From NCBI GenBank assembly GCA_002269645.1, contig NIVC01000180.1:767981-831980 (forward strand): a DNA stretch of 64,000 bases. The letters are read 5' to 3'. This DNA is from Macrostomum lignano. Taxonomy: Eukaryota. Under the pieces are notes generated by a model. The model had not been told where the DNA came from. It did no database searches and worked only from the letters and a program-made list of their open reading frames with translations. Within the stretch, counting starts at the first letter, position 1. Every line of letters begins with the position of its first letter. The position numbers were made by a program, and so were the translations under genes. Shown here in pieces: positions 1 through 28,045 of this stretch.

Positions 1-340
1 AGCGCAGCTGCTCTGCTGTGCCAGCGACCCAGGCTCGATTCCAAGTGCAGTCACATTAATTTGGGGCTGAATTGGAATCTCGGCTTGGCTCTGCTCGTGC
101 AATTAACGGCCTTGAGAGCCAACCCCCCAAGGCGCAGTGAAGTGTACATGCCCAACGATAATATAAAGTTAGGGCCGCTGTACATTCCTGTGTGAGTGTG
201 TGCCTGCGTATGTATCCGCGCGCTTGTATGTCTGTCTGCTCAAGGGAGTCGGCGGAATGGGCAGTAATGCCTCTCGCCGGTTGTGTGCCTATGTCGCTTA
301 AATTGCGCCAGGGTGCACACAACCCCCTGCCTCTAATAAA
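1..340 (+). mobile_element. tRNA-derived SINE, copy 1 (5' end cut by window edge)
   Basis: Near-identical to the reverse complement of 27630-27986. B-box-like GGCTCGATTCC near the start. 3' stem GGTTGTGTGC (279-288) / GCACACAACC (315-324), then CTCTAATAAA. Confidence 0.8.
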
Positions 341-554
341 AAAATTCCTATTTGACCTGTCATCTGCAACGCGTCTGAAACGACTCTGGGGCGACGCAAG
401 TGACTCCGGGATGCTTCTTGGCCTGGGTACCGCTTTCATCGGGTTCTGGTCTTACACAATGCTCAGTTGAAGTTGCCCTGCTCTTATGGCAAGCATTTTA
501 ATCCCAGCCTTTAGAGAAAGTTGTCATGTCGTTTCTGTTACTAGCTCAGCTACG

Positions 555-1070
555 ATGAAGCCCGAGCACTCATCCAGCAAAACAAATTCCAACAGCAATA
601 GCAAGCGGAATAAGCAGCAAAAGCAGCAACAGCAGCGAAAGAAAATCAAAGCCGGCAGCAGCAGCAGCAGTCTGGCCAGGGTGGCGGCCCGGGCTGATCC
701 GCAACTGGCGGCCGCTGCACGCGAATACCGCGACTTCCTCAAGCGCGAAGGCCTCCTGGCGCAGTCCGCCGTGTTTGGGCGGCGACGCCGGCGGCAGAAG
801 CAGCAGGACGAGCAGCAGCAGAAGCAGCCAGTTGAGCCTTCGGCCTCGTCGCACCGTGGCAAGCTGGCCAAGCTCGAGGCCGCTCAGCAGCGCCGTCGGC
901 AGGAGCGACAGGCGGCGACGGAGGCGCGGACGGCGAAGCGGGCCGCTCGGCAGGCGCAGCGGCGGGAGCGGAACGCGGCAATGAGCCGGGTGAACCAGCG
1001 AGGCCAGCCGGTGATGAAGCATCGGATGCAGCTGCTGCTGGGCCAGCTGGAAGCTGCTAGACAGACCTGA
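555..1070 (+). CDS. CCDC59: FYV7/CCDC59 (TAP26)-like basic rRNA-processing protein, single exon
   Basis: K/R/Q-rich coiled-coil ORF ending in NQRGQPVMKHRMQLLLGQLE, matching the family C-terminal 'xxGQPxxxxxMxxLLxKI' motif. ATG 555 preferred over the track start at 486. Family recognised by eye only. Confidence 0.6.
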   Translation: MKPEHSSSKTNSNSNSKRNKQQKQQQQRKKIKAGSSSSSLARVAARADPQLAAAAREYRDFLKREGLLAQSAVFGRRRRRQKQQDEQQQKQPVEPSASSHRGKLAKLEAAQQRRRQERQAATEARTAKRAARQAQRRERNAAMSRVNQRGQPVMKHRMQLLLGQLEAARQT

Positions 1071-1235
1071 ATTCAATTGGCCTTCGCTTTGATTTCTTAG
1101 AATTTGACAGTCGCATTTAAATTGACACGATAATAAACATTGTGAGATGCCAAGTCATTTGGGTCTTTGTCTTTGTCTTTTTCCCCAGGTAATTTATCTA
1201 GTAGAAGCCTAGTAGTTTTTTAATTAATAATCTCT

Positions 1236-1680
1236 CCAAGGACTACTCAAGTAGAAGGATGGAAAACTAACGTTTCTTGGAAAATTTTAGGAGGCCGGTT
1301 TCTTCGAAAAAATACGCTACGGAGATAGGACGTTTTCTTTTTTCAGCACGAAAATTGTTATTGCTTTCGATAGAGGCAGATCCAGTGTTCATATTTTGAT
1401 ATGTTGTGCCTTTTTTACAGCTCTATTGATATTCATGAAGCTGTTTGTTCAGAAAATTAAGGTCCAATGTTAATTTTATATTCTGCATACAATTGTACAA
1501 TAGCCATGTGCGTAAGGCTTTTATGATTTTTAGGTCTGTCTCCTATCGAAAGCAATAAAACTTTTTGTGCTGAGAAATAGAAAACTTCCTATCTCAGTAG
1601 TGAATTTTTTTTCAAAAAGACCAGCCTCCTAAAATTTTCCAAGAAACGTTAGTTTCCCGTCCTACGTGACTAGTCCTTGG
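1236..1680. mobile_element. MITE, 445 bp, ~145-bp imperfect TIRs, 6-bp TSD ATCTCT
   Basis: 1236-1380 (CCAAGGACTA...AACTAACGTTTCTTGGAAAATTTTAGGAGG...GCTTTCGATAG) is the reverse complement of 1535-1680. ATCTCT lies at both 1230-1235 and 1681-1686. Confidence 0.85.
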
Positions 1681-1852
1681 ATCTCTATTTATAGATCCTG
1701 AAGTCATTCTTGAAGGTTTTTCTCACCGCAAGCCGCTTTAACCCTCGGTTTGACTGCAGATGCAGCGGCTGCAGCTTTGCTGATCAACGGAATTTTGAGC
1801 AAGCAGCACAAATTTATATTAAAGACAGTTTAGTGAGCATCAGCAGAGCCGC

Positions 1853-4800
1853 ATGTCGGACTACTTCGACTTCCCCAGCGCTCCGGTGCTGGACGACGAA
1901 GGGGCCGCCCTCGAGGACGACCTGAACGATGAGACTTTTGGCGGAGCTGCCGAGGCCACCGACTGGGAGGCCGAGCACGAGCGGCTGGCCGGCCTCGAGG
2001 ACGATGGCGAATTCGTGGAGTTCGCCGGCCTGGATGACGATGACGAAGGCCAGCGGGAAGACAGCCGCGGCAACAATGGGGACAGCCTGGGAGCAGCTGC
2101 GATGCGCCTGCCCCAGGGGCACCTCCAGGCCTATCAGAAGCAGCTGGAGGAGCTGCAGAGGCAGCACCAGCTGCAGTTCCAGCAGCAGCAGGCGCAGTTC
2201 CAGCAGCAGCACCACCAGCACCATCACAAGCCGCCGGAGCAGCCGGCAAAAGTCGCCACGCCCAATCTTGATGGCGCGGCTGATTTGGACGAGTTCTGTC
2301 CGCTGGAGGACTTGAACGCCTTCTGCGACCGCCTGGTAGTTGACTCCGACGATGAACTTGACGACCCGTCAATCATCACGGTGTCCAAGAACCGGCCGAT
2401 GCGGCCCCGCAACAGCAACAGCGCCACCTACGCGCCCGCCGCTGCGGCTGCCGCTGTCGGTGGCGGCGCAGTCCAGCCGGCGCTGCAGCAGCTGCCGCCG
2501 CCGCCGCCGCTGCAGATGCCGCCGCCTACCGCCTGGGCCGCTGCTGTGGCCGCCAATCTGAGCCGCCTTCCGGCGCATCAGCAGCAGCAGGCGGCGGCTG
2601 CGGCTGTCGCTGCCTTGGGCGCCAGCGGCATGACGGCCGATCCGAACGCCCTCATGCGGCACTTGGCGATGGCCGCCGCTATGGCAGCCACCAAGCAACA
2701 GCAGCAGCAGCAGCAGCCCGTTTTGCCACCTTTGTTCCAGCAGCTGCTGAGCTCCATGAACCTGGGCGGCCAGCAGCAGCAGCAGCCAAGTCCTCAGCAA
2801 CTTGCCACCCTGCGCGCGCTTCAACAGACTCAGCGGATGAACGCCGCCGCTCCCATGCAGCAACAGCAACTTCAGCAGCAGCAGCAGCAGCAGCAACTTC
2901 AGCAGCAGTTTCAGCAGCATCAACAGCAACACCGCGATCCTCGCCTGAGCCATCCCATGGTGCAGCCGAAGCCCAACTCTCTGTTCTCGTCTTTTCGCCG
3001 ATGGCCGTCCGAATACGACAACTTTATGACGCGCCGCGACAAGGACACCGTCATTGGCATTCAGAGCCGCGTGCTGGAAAAGGAGATGGAAGATCCGGTC
3101 ACTTCCGACTATTATTATATAACCTGGCGGCTCAAACAGGTGAGCTTGATTGCCTTGAAGACCCGTTGTAACCCCCCCCCTCCGCTGAGTCTAACCCCTC
3201 CCTCCACTGAGTCTAACCCCTCCCTCCACTGAGTCTAACGCCTTCCTCCACTGAGTCTAACGCCTCCCTCCACTGAGTCTAACCCCTTCCTCCACTGAGT
3301 CTAACGCCTCCCTCCACTGAGTCTAACCCCTTCCTCCACTGAGTCTAACGCCTCCCTCCACTGAGTCTAACCCCTTCCTCCACTGTGTCTAACCCCTCCC
3401 TCCACTGTGTCTAACCCCTTCCTCCACTGTGTCTAACGCCTCCCTGCACTGAGTCTAACCCCTCCCTCCACTGTGTCTAACCCCTTCCTCCACTGTGTCT
3501 AACGCCTCCCTGCACTGAGTCAAACCCCTACCTCCACTGAGTCAACCCCTCCCTCCACTGAGTCTAACGCCTTCCTGCACTGAGTCCAACCCCTCCCTGC
3601 ACTGAGTCCAACCCCTCCCTGCACTGAGTCCAACCCCTCCCTGCACTGAGTCCAACCCCTCCCTGCACTGAGTCCAACCCCTACCTCCACTGAGTCAACC
3701 CCTCCCTCCACTGAGTCCAACCCCTCCCTCTGAGTCAACCCCTCCTTCCACTGAGTTCAGACCCTCCAATCCGAACCCTCTATCCCAAGTCCTCAACGCC
3801 AGCGCCCAGCAGCACACACCCGAATCACTATTGTCTTCGCAAGAATGCATCGCAGTCTGTTTTTCAACCCGCAGGCCCGTCGCAGCAACCCGGGCATTTT
3901 CCCCTCCATGCCCATCCCGGTGCCACGCTCCGCCGAGGACGGCCAGTCCGACCAGCCCTCCGGCGGCGACGCCGACGCATCAAGCGGGTTCGGGCGCCGG
4001 GCGGCCGAGCTGCGGATGAGCGGCACCCTTGGCTGTCTGACCACCTCCTCGGTGCACACTCCCCGGCAGACTATCGACATTCGCCGACTCGCTAGCGACG
4101 CGCAGGTGCCAGCAGTGTTTTCCCAATGTCGAATATTTATTCTTTAGTAGAGCTTCTCTTAGAGAGATGACCCCTATCCGGAAGTAGAGGATCTCTATCC
4201 TGAAGTAGGGGATCTCTGTCCGGAAGTAGAGGATCTCTGTCCGGAAGTAGAGGATCTCTGTCCGGAAGTAGAGGATCTCTATCCTGAAGTAGGGGATCTC
4301 TGTCCGGAAGTAGAGGATCTCTGTCCGGAAGTAGAGGATCTCTGTCCGGAAGTAGAGGATCTCTGTCCGGAAGTAGAGGATCTCTGTCCGGAAGTAGAGG
4401 ATCTCTGTCCGGAAGTAGGGGATCTCTGTCCGGAAGTAGGGGATCTCTATCCTGAAGTAGGGGATCTCTGTCCGGAAGTAGAGGATCTCTGTCCGGAAGT
4501 AGGGGATCTCTATCCTGAAGTCAGGGGAATATCTATCCTGAAGTAGGGGGTCTCTCTGAAATATGGGGATCTCTAACCCCAAGTAAGGGATCTCTATCCG
4601 AAATCTGGGGGATCTCTATCCCTAAGTAAGGGATCTCTATCCGCCAGTAAGGGATCTCTATCCGCCAGTAAGGGGTCTCTATCCAAAATTTGGGGGATCT
4701 CTATCCGGAAGTAGGGGATCTCTACCAAAGTGGCACTGCCCAATGCAACCTCGCCATTTTCAGACCTCTCCATCGGAGGCCCCGACCGCGGCTCCAGCCG

Positions 4801-7395
4801 ACATTGAGCACCTGCGCCATCTCGGTCTCATGCTCCGCATCGAGTCTCTCTACTGCGTCTACCTGAGATTCGACGACTGTGAGAAGCGGTACCTGACCAG
4901 CTCGGAGCCCGAGAAGCGGCACATCTGCGTTACTGAGCGGCGGAAGGCACTCGAAGCTCTGTGCTCGGGATTCTTTGGCGACTCCGAGCTGCCACTGTTG
5001 CTGTCCGTAAGTGAGAACATTGAGAGCATCCGTCCCTAATTATCCCTCTGTGATTATCCCTTCCTGATTTCCCTCCCTGATTTACCCTCCCTGTTTATCC
5101 CTCCCTGATTATCCCTCCCTGATTATCCCTCCCTGATTATCCCTCCCTGATTATCCCTCCCTGATTATCCCTCCCTGATTATCCCTCTGTGATTATCCCT
5201 CCCTGATTATCCCTTCCTGATTATCCCTCCCTGATTATCCCTCCCTGATTATCCCTCCCTGATTATCCCTCCCTGATTAACCCTCCCTGATTAACCCTCC
5301 CTGATTATCCCTCCCTGATTATCCCTTCCTGATTATCCCTTCCTGATTATCCCTCCCTGATTATCCCTCCTATCCCTCCCTGATTATCCCTCCCTGATTA
5401 ACCCTCTGTGATTATCCCTCCCTGATTATCCCTCTGTGATTATCCCTCCCTGATTATCCCTCCCTGATTAACCCTCCCTGATTATCCCTCCCTGATTAAC
5501 CCTCCCTGATTATCCCTCCCTGATTATCCCTCCCTGATTATCTCTCCCTGATTATCCCTCCCTGATTATCCCTCCCTGATTATCCCTCCCTGATTATCCC
5601 TTCTTGATTATCCCTCCCTGATTATCCCTTCTTGATTATCCCTCCCTGATTATCCCTTCTTGATTATCCCTCCCTGATTAACCCTCCCTGATTATCCCTC
5701 CCTGATTATCCCTCCCTGATTATCCCTTCCTGATTATCCCTCCCTGATTATCCCTCCCTGATTATCCCTCCCTGATTATCCCTCCCTGATTATCCCTCCC
5801 TGATTATCCCTCCCTGATTAACCCTCTGTGATTATCCCTCCCTGATTATCCCTCCCTGATTATCCCTCCCTGATTATCCCTTCCTGATTATCCCTCCCTG
5901 ATTATCCCTCCCTGATTATCCCTCCCTGATTAACCCTCCCTGATTATCCCTCCCTGATTATCCCTCCCTGATTATCCCTCCCTGATTATCCCTTCCTGAT
6001 TATCCCTCCCTGATTATCCCTCCCTGATTATCCCTCCCTGATTATCCCTCCCTGATTATCCCTCCCTGATTATCCCTTCCTGATTATCCCTTCCTGATTA
6101 TCCCTCCCTGATTATCCCTCCTATCCCTCCCTGATTATCCCTCCCTGATTAACCCTCTGTGATTATCCCTCCCTGATTATCCCTCTGTGATTATCCCTCC
6201 CTGATTATCCCTCCCTGATTAACCCTCCCTGATTATCCCTCCCTGATTATCCCTCCCTGATTAACCCTCCCTGATTATCCCTCCCTGATTATCCCTCCCT
6301 GATTATCCCTTCCTGATTATCCCTCCCTGATTATCCCTCCCTGATTATCCCTCCCTGATTATCCCTCCCTGATTATCCCTCCCTGATTATCCCTCCCTGA
6401 TTATCCCTTCCTGATTATCCCTCCCTGATTATCCCTCCCTGATTAACCCTCTGTGATTATCCCTCCCTGATTATCCCTCTGTGATTATCCCTCCCTGATT
6501 ATCCCTCCCTGATTATCCCTCCCTGATTATCCCTCCCTGATTATCCCTCCCTGATTATCCCTCCCTGATTATCCCTCCCTGATTAACCCTCCCTGATTAT
6601 CCCTCCCTGATTATCCCTTCCTGATTAACCCTCCCTGATTAACCCTCCCTGATTATCCCTCCCTGATTATCCCTCCCTGATTAACCCTCCCTGATTAACC
6701 CTCCCTGATTATCCCTCCCTGATTATCCCTCTGTGATTATCCCTCCCTGATTATCCCTCCCTGTTTATATCTCCCTCTGAACATCCCACTCTGATGATCC
6801 CTCTGTTTATCCAACTCTTATCTGTTCACCTTCTGTTTACCCTTTCGGTTTATGCGTATGATTCCCCCCGCTACCACCCGCCCAGGTTCGCAAAGGCCGC
6901 CGCCTATTGAAAAGCGTGCTAAACAGCTGCGACAAAGACCTGCTATTCTCGGCTTTGCGCACTTTGTTAACCAGCCTGCCCGGCCTGCGGCAGCAGCAGC
7001 TCGAGCCTGACGGCCTCACCGAGCTGTCCCTGGCATTCAGCGCTGCCATCCGCAGGCTCGAGTCCAACCTGGTTGAGGAGCTGCTCAGCTTTGCCCTACA
7101 GGCCGAGCCCAGGTCTTTGTTCTGCCACGAGCTGCCCTGCCATTGGTTCTTCGACCTGCTGGGCCGGCACGCGCATTTCTGCTTGGCCCGCTCCGACCCG
7201 ACCGGACTGCGGCGCCTGGTTGACCGCGTGGCCGCCGCCCTCGCCGAGCTGCCGTCCGACTCGCTGGCCTGCATCGCCTCCGCTCTGCCGACTTCCAGCC
7301 ACCTGCACGGCCAGCTGGTTGACCACCTGGCGCCGCCTGTCCGACTTTTGGCCGAGCGGAAATTCACTAAAATCCTGCTGCCCGCCGACAGCTAA
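1853..7395 (+). CDS. PATL1: Pat1/PATL1 mRNA-decapping scaffold; join(1853..3139,3803..4105,4764..5006,6886..7395)
   Basis: N-terminal DDLNDETFGG motif, Q/P-rich region, FMTRRDKDTVIGIQ...DPVTSDYYY, LGCLTTSSVHTPRQTIDI, LRIESLY...DDCEKRYL, SVRKGRRLL. All three introns are GT-AG, phase 0, and the frame is continuous. Exon 2 boundaries are the least certain. Confidence 0.92.
3172..3757. repeat. Minisatellite, ~22-bp unit CCCTCCCTCCACTGAGTCTAAC (PATL1 intron 1)
   Basis: Direct tandem copies visible. Confidence 0.95.
4172..4725. repeat. Minisatellite, 21-bp unit CCGGAAGTAGAGGATCTCTGT (PATL1 intron 2)
   Basis: Tandem copies; produces the 7-aa periodic antisense ORF (YFRTEIL)n. Confidence 0.95.
5034..6775. 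repeat. Minisatellite, 14-bp unit CCCTCCCTGATTAT (PATL1 intron 3)
   Basis: About 1.7 kb of tandem copies with recurring variants. Confidence 0.97.
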
Positions 7396-7602
7396 GGCTT
7401 GAATAAATCCTCATGCTGCTTCTCTGATGTAGATGCCTGGCGCTCCAAATATCAGTCTGAAAAGTATCCTATCGGGAGCTTTGAAGTTGCATGGAAAATC
7501 CCTTTGAAAATAATTTTATTACGTATTGTATGAATTTTACCGAAGAATAGTTCAAATAAAGTTATTTTTCCCCGATCATGGAATGCCACCGAGACTAATC
7601 AA

Positions 7603-8705
7603 TCCTAGAATCCCACCGGAAGTTTGGTGATCTCAATTCTAAAATCCCACCGGAAGTTTGGTGATCCCAATTCTAAAATCCCACCGGAAGTTTGGTGATC
7701 CCAGTCCTGAAATGCCACCGGAAGTTTTGGTGATCCCAATCCGAGATACCCACCGGAAGTTTTGTAATTCCAATCCTAGAATCCCACCGGAAGTTTGGTG
7801 ATCCCAACCCTAGAATCCCATCGGAAGTTTTGTGATCCCAACCCTGGAAATGCCACCGGAAGTTTGGTGATCCCAATCCTGGAAATGCCACCGGAAGTTT
7901 GGTGATCCCAATCCTGGAAATGCTACCGGAAGTTTGGTGATCCCAATCCTGGAAATGCCACCGGAAGTTTGGTGATCCCAATCCTGGAAATGCCACCAGA
8001 AGTTTGGTGATCCCAATTCTAAAATCCCACCGGAAGTTTGGTGATCCCAATCCGAGATACCCACCGGAAGTTTTGTAATTCCAATCCTAGAATCCCACCG
8101 GAAGTTTGGTGATCCCAACCCTAGAATCCCATCGGAAGTTTTGTGATCCCAACCCTGGAAATGCCACCGGAAGTTTGGTGATCCCAATCCTGGAAATGCC
8201 ACCGGAAGTTTGGTGATCCCAATCCTGGAAATGCTACCGGAAGTTTGGTGATCCCAATCCTGGAAATGCCACCGGAAGTTTGGTGATCCCAATCCTGGAA
8301 ATGCCACCGGAAGTTTGGTGATCCCAATCCTGGAAATGCCACCGGAAGTTTTGTGATCCCAATTCTAAAATCCCACCGGAAGTTTGGTGATCCCAATTCT
8401 AAAATCTCACCGTAAGTTTGGTGATCCCAATCCTGGAAATGCCACCGGAAGTTTGGTGATCCCAATCCTGGAAATGCTACCGGAAGTTTGGTGATCCCAA
8501 TCCTGGAAATGCCACCGGAAGTTTGGTGATCCCAATCCTGGAAATGCCACCGGAAGTTTGGTGATCCCAATTCTAAAATCCCACCGGAAGTTTGGTGATC
8601 CCAATCCTAGATACCCACCGGAAGTTTGGTGATCCCAATCCTAGAATCCCACCGGAAGTTTGGTGATCCCAACCCTAAAATCCCACCGGAAGTTTGGTGA
8701 TTTCA
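7603..8705. repeat. Minisatellite, 35-bp unit CCACCGGAAGTTTGGTGATCCCAATCCTGGAAATG (downstream of PATL1)
   Basis: Tandem copies visible. Confidence 0.95.
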
Positions 8706-9458
8706 AATTCTAATCCTATAATCCTAAATTTAGAGTGTATGTAGGGAAAAATTTAGGAATTTTCTCACCTCTGCTCTCATACTACTTACTGATCAATCGA
8801 AAAGTAGCTACTGCAGCATCTGTTCTGGCATAGTCGACATGATTTTTTGGTGTTTTCTTCTCTCTTGTTAATTCTGGTACTGACTGGCTGGGCGGCAACT
8901 TTTTTATTAGCTTTTTTTGCTATTCAAATGCATCCCCGTGCTCCAGCTCCAGGTCCGTACCTGTACCTGATTTTGCCACTAGTATGCCTGATATAATGCT
9001 GAACTGATGTTTAAGGACAAGCCGGCTGTGCGCTCATGCCAGCTGTTAAATATAATTTCTATAAAGCGTAGAGTTCTCTGTTTCACCTGAATGAAAGCAA
9101 TGGCCCAATTCCTCGACCTAGTGCGCTATCGCATGTACTTTATGCCCATAGCTCTGCTGGCAGTGCCCAGCCCTGTTCCGCTGGTTCTTTATCGAGCGGC
9201 ACAAATCATGTTTCACCCCCTTTTTTATTAGCTTGCGGCTACTTTGATTACAATTTTACATTTTGAACCCCAGCCTCACGCTCCGCCCAGTTTGCGGGCC
9301 GTCATAGTTCCCTTCTGTTTGAGAATTATTTTAATTTATGCGTATCAGTCAGCTTTTTCCTGCACCCGATGGGCTAATGTTTAGAGTGCAAAAATGACCA
9401 GCCACTGCAGCCCGAGTTCTTTGTTGTTTTATTGCTCTGGTTTGCTAGGCTGGCAGAC

Positions 9459-10073
9459 TAATTATCTCACCTTAGACCGGACTGCACACCTGCCCAGATA
9501 ATTATCTCACCTCAGACCGGACTGCACACCTGCCCAGATAATTATCTCACCTCAGACCGGACTGCACACCTGCCCAGATAATTATCTCACCTCAGACCGG
9601 ACTGCACACCTGCCCAGATAATTATCTCACCTCAGACCGGACTGCACACCTGCCCAGATAATTATCTCACCTCAGACCGGACTGCACACCTGCCCAGATA
9701 ATTATCTCACCTCAGACCGGACTGCACACCTGCCCAGATAATTATCTCACCTCAAACCGGACTGCACACCTGCCCAGATAATTATCTCACCTCAGACCGG
9801 ACTGCACACCTGCCCAGATAATTATCTCACCTCAGACAGGACTGCTCGCCCACTAACTTAGCTAATTATCTCACCTCGCCTCAGACAGGAGTGCCCGCCC
9901 ACTAACTTAGCTAATTATCTCACCTCGCCTCAGACAGGAGTGCCCGCCCACTAACTTAGCTAATTATCTCACCTCGCCTCAGACAGGACTGCCCGCCCAC
10001 TAACTTAGCTAATTATCTCACCTCACCCCAGACAGGACTGCCCGCCCACTAGCTTAGTTAATTATCTCACCTC
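9459..10073. repeat. Compound minisatellite: 40-bp unit TAATTATCTCACCTCAGACCGGACTGCACACCTGCCCAGA switching to a 49-bp derivative containing CACTAAC
   Basis: Tandem copies ending about 65 bp before the DHX8 ATG. Confidence 0.93.
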
Positions 10074-10137
10074 ACGAGTTGCCATTGACTCAAAAGCATA
10101 TCTCATCCACATGCATGCTTCAATCAAGCTCGCAACA

Positions 10138-25741
<15,604 letters not shown>

Positions 25742-25851
25742 GGCTGCCGGGGAGACGTACTATCAGTCACCGCTGCGCTGTGCTGCCCGCCAACCAATGC
25801 GGATTGCTACTGAAGCACATTAAGCTGTTGTTAATGAGAATTGTTTCTAAA

Positions 25852-26372
25852 CTATCATAAGAATTGCCCCCGAACTATCATGAGAATTGCCCCCGAATTA
25901 TCATTAGAATTGCCCCCCCCCACCGAGGCATCATCGCCCCTGAATAATCATTGCCCCTGAATCATCGTGGAATCGCCCCTGAAGCATTATCGCCCCTGAA
26001 TAATCATTGCCCCTGAATCATCGTGGAATCGCCCCTGAAGCATTATCGCCCCTGAACCATCATTGCCCCTGAATCATCGTGGAATCGCCCCTGAACCATC
26101 ATCGCCCTGAATCATCATGAGAATCGCCCCTGAATCATCATGAGAATCGCCCCTGAAGCATTATCGCCCCTGAATCATCATGAGAATCGCCCCTGAATCA
26201 TCATGAGAATTGCCCCTGAATCATCATGAGAATTGCCCCTGAATCATCATGAGAATTGCCCCTGAATCATCATGAGAATTGCCCCCCTCCGAGGCATCAT
26301 CGCCCCTGAATAATCATCAGAATCGCCCCTGAATCATGTAAATCCACCTGAACCATCGTGAGAATCACTCTG
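25852..26372. repeat. Minisatellite, ~20-bp unit ATCATGAGAATTGCCCCTGA
   Basis: Degenerate tandem copies downstream of DHX8. Confidence 0.88.
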
Positions 26373-26895
26373 AAGCACGCGAAGACTCGGCCTCCTGAAA
26401 CTGAGTCGTGCAGAAAGCATCATAAGTAAAGTTGATGAATATTCCATGTGCAAAAGAATATCTGCTGCTTTCATATTTAATTTTCACAAATGCCTGACAG
26501 TGCTTCTCTTGTTCCTTTTAATAAGTTTGTACTCAATCTGTACAAAATGTTGCATATTTAGAAAATTAAAGTACATTTGGCTGCGTTTCAGGGTTTGCTG
26601 TGAACTCGGCAACCTCAAATAAACTGTTGGTCTCGAAATGCTTATTCAAATTGTATGATTAATGAAATGCGTGAAACACGGGGTTGCCATTGTTGCTTCT
26701 GTTTTATCTGCTTTGCTGTAGGTTGCAGCCTGTCTTGAAATGACAAGACCGTAAAAGAAGGTTAAAGAGGCTTGTCAGTAATTGCTTTGCTGCCTGGCAC
26801 TGCCATCGGAAGCGCCTGAGCTCGCCTGAGCCTCAGTTGCTACGGATGCCGCTGAGCTATCATTGGCCCGGCATCGTCCTGCTGAACCAGCGATC

Positions 26896-27629
26896 ATGAG
26901 AATCACTAATCCATGAGAATCACCACAGACATAAGAATCACCACAGACATGAGAATCACCGCAAAGCCATGAGAATCACCACAGAACCATGAGAACCACC
27001 GCAAAGCCATGAGAATCACCACAGAACCATGAGAACCACCGCAAAGCCATGAGAATCACCTCAGAACCATGAGAACCACTGCAAAGCCATGAGAATCACC
27101 ACAGAACCATGGGAATCACCGCAAAACATGGGAATCACCTCAGAGCCATGAGAGCCACTGCAAAGCCATGAGAATCACCACAGAACCATGAGAACCCCCG
27201 CAAAGCCATGAGAATCACCACAAAACCATGAGAATCACCACAAAACCATGAGAATCACCACAAAACATGAGAATCACCACAGAACCATGAGAACCACTGC
27301 AAAGCCATGAGAATCACCACAAAACATGAGAATTACCTCAGAACCATGAGAACCACTGCAAAGCCATGAGAATCACCACAGAACCATGAGAATCACCGCA
27401 AAACATGGGAATCACCTCAGAACCATGAGAACCACTGCAAAGCCATGAGAATCACCACAAAACCATGAGAACCACCGCAAAGCCATGAGAATCACCACAG
27501 AACCATGAGAACCACCGCAAAGCCATGAGAATCACCACAAAACCATGAGAATCACTGCAAAGCCATGAGAATCACTACAGAACCACCGCAAAGCCATGAG
27601 AATCACCACAGAACCATGAGAACCACCAT
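26896..27629. repeat. Minisatellite, ~20-bp unit CCATGAGAATCACCACAGAA (continues briefly after the SINE at 27987)
   Basis: Tandem copies interrupted by the SINE. Confidence 0.92.
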
Positions 27630-27986
27630 TTATTAGAGGCAGGGGGGTTGTGTGCACCCTGGCGCACTTCAAGCGACATAGGCACACAACCGGCGAGAGG
27701 CATTACTGCCCATTCCGCCGACTCCCCTGAGCAGGCATACAAGCGCGCGGATACGTACGCAGGCACACACTCACGCAGGTGTACAGCGGCCCTAACTTTA
27801 TTTTATCGTTAGGCATGTACACTTCACTGCGCCTTGGGGGGTTGGCTCTCAAGGCCGTTAATTGCACGAGCAGAGCCAAGCCGAGATTCCAATTCAGCCC
27901 CAAATTAATGTGACTGCACTTGGAATCGATCACCTGGGTCGCTGGCACACCAGAGCAGCTGCGCTACCGCTGGGCTACGGCCCCCC
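27630..27986 (-). mobile_element. tRNA-derived SINE, full-length copy 2, 13-bp TSD TGAGAACCACCAT
   Basis: Minus strand starts GGGGGCCGTAGCCCAGCGGTAGCGCAGC (A-box TAGCCCAGCGG), B-box-like GATCGATTCC, same 3' stem-loop and CTCTAATAAA end as copy 1. Direct repeat at 27617-27629 and 27987-27999. Confidence 0.88.
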
Positions 27987-28045
27987 TGAGAACCACCATA
28001 GAACCATGGGAATCACCACAAAACCATGAGAATTGCCACAAAACT

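Noticed and set aside
27915-27986. Functional tRNA gene
   Set aside because: It has A/B boxes but no complete cloverleaf or acceptor stem, and it is fused to a 290-bp body shared with the copy at 1-340. It is a SINE head.
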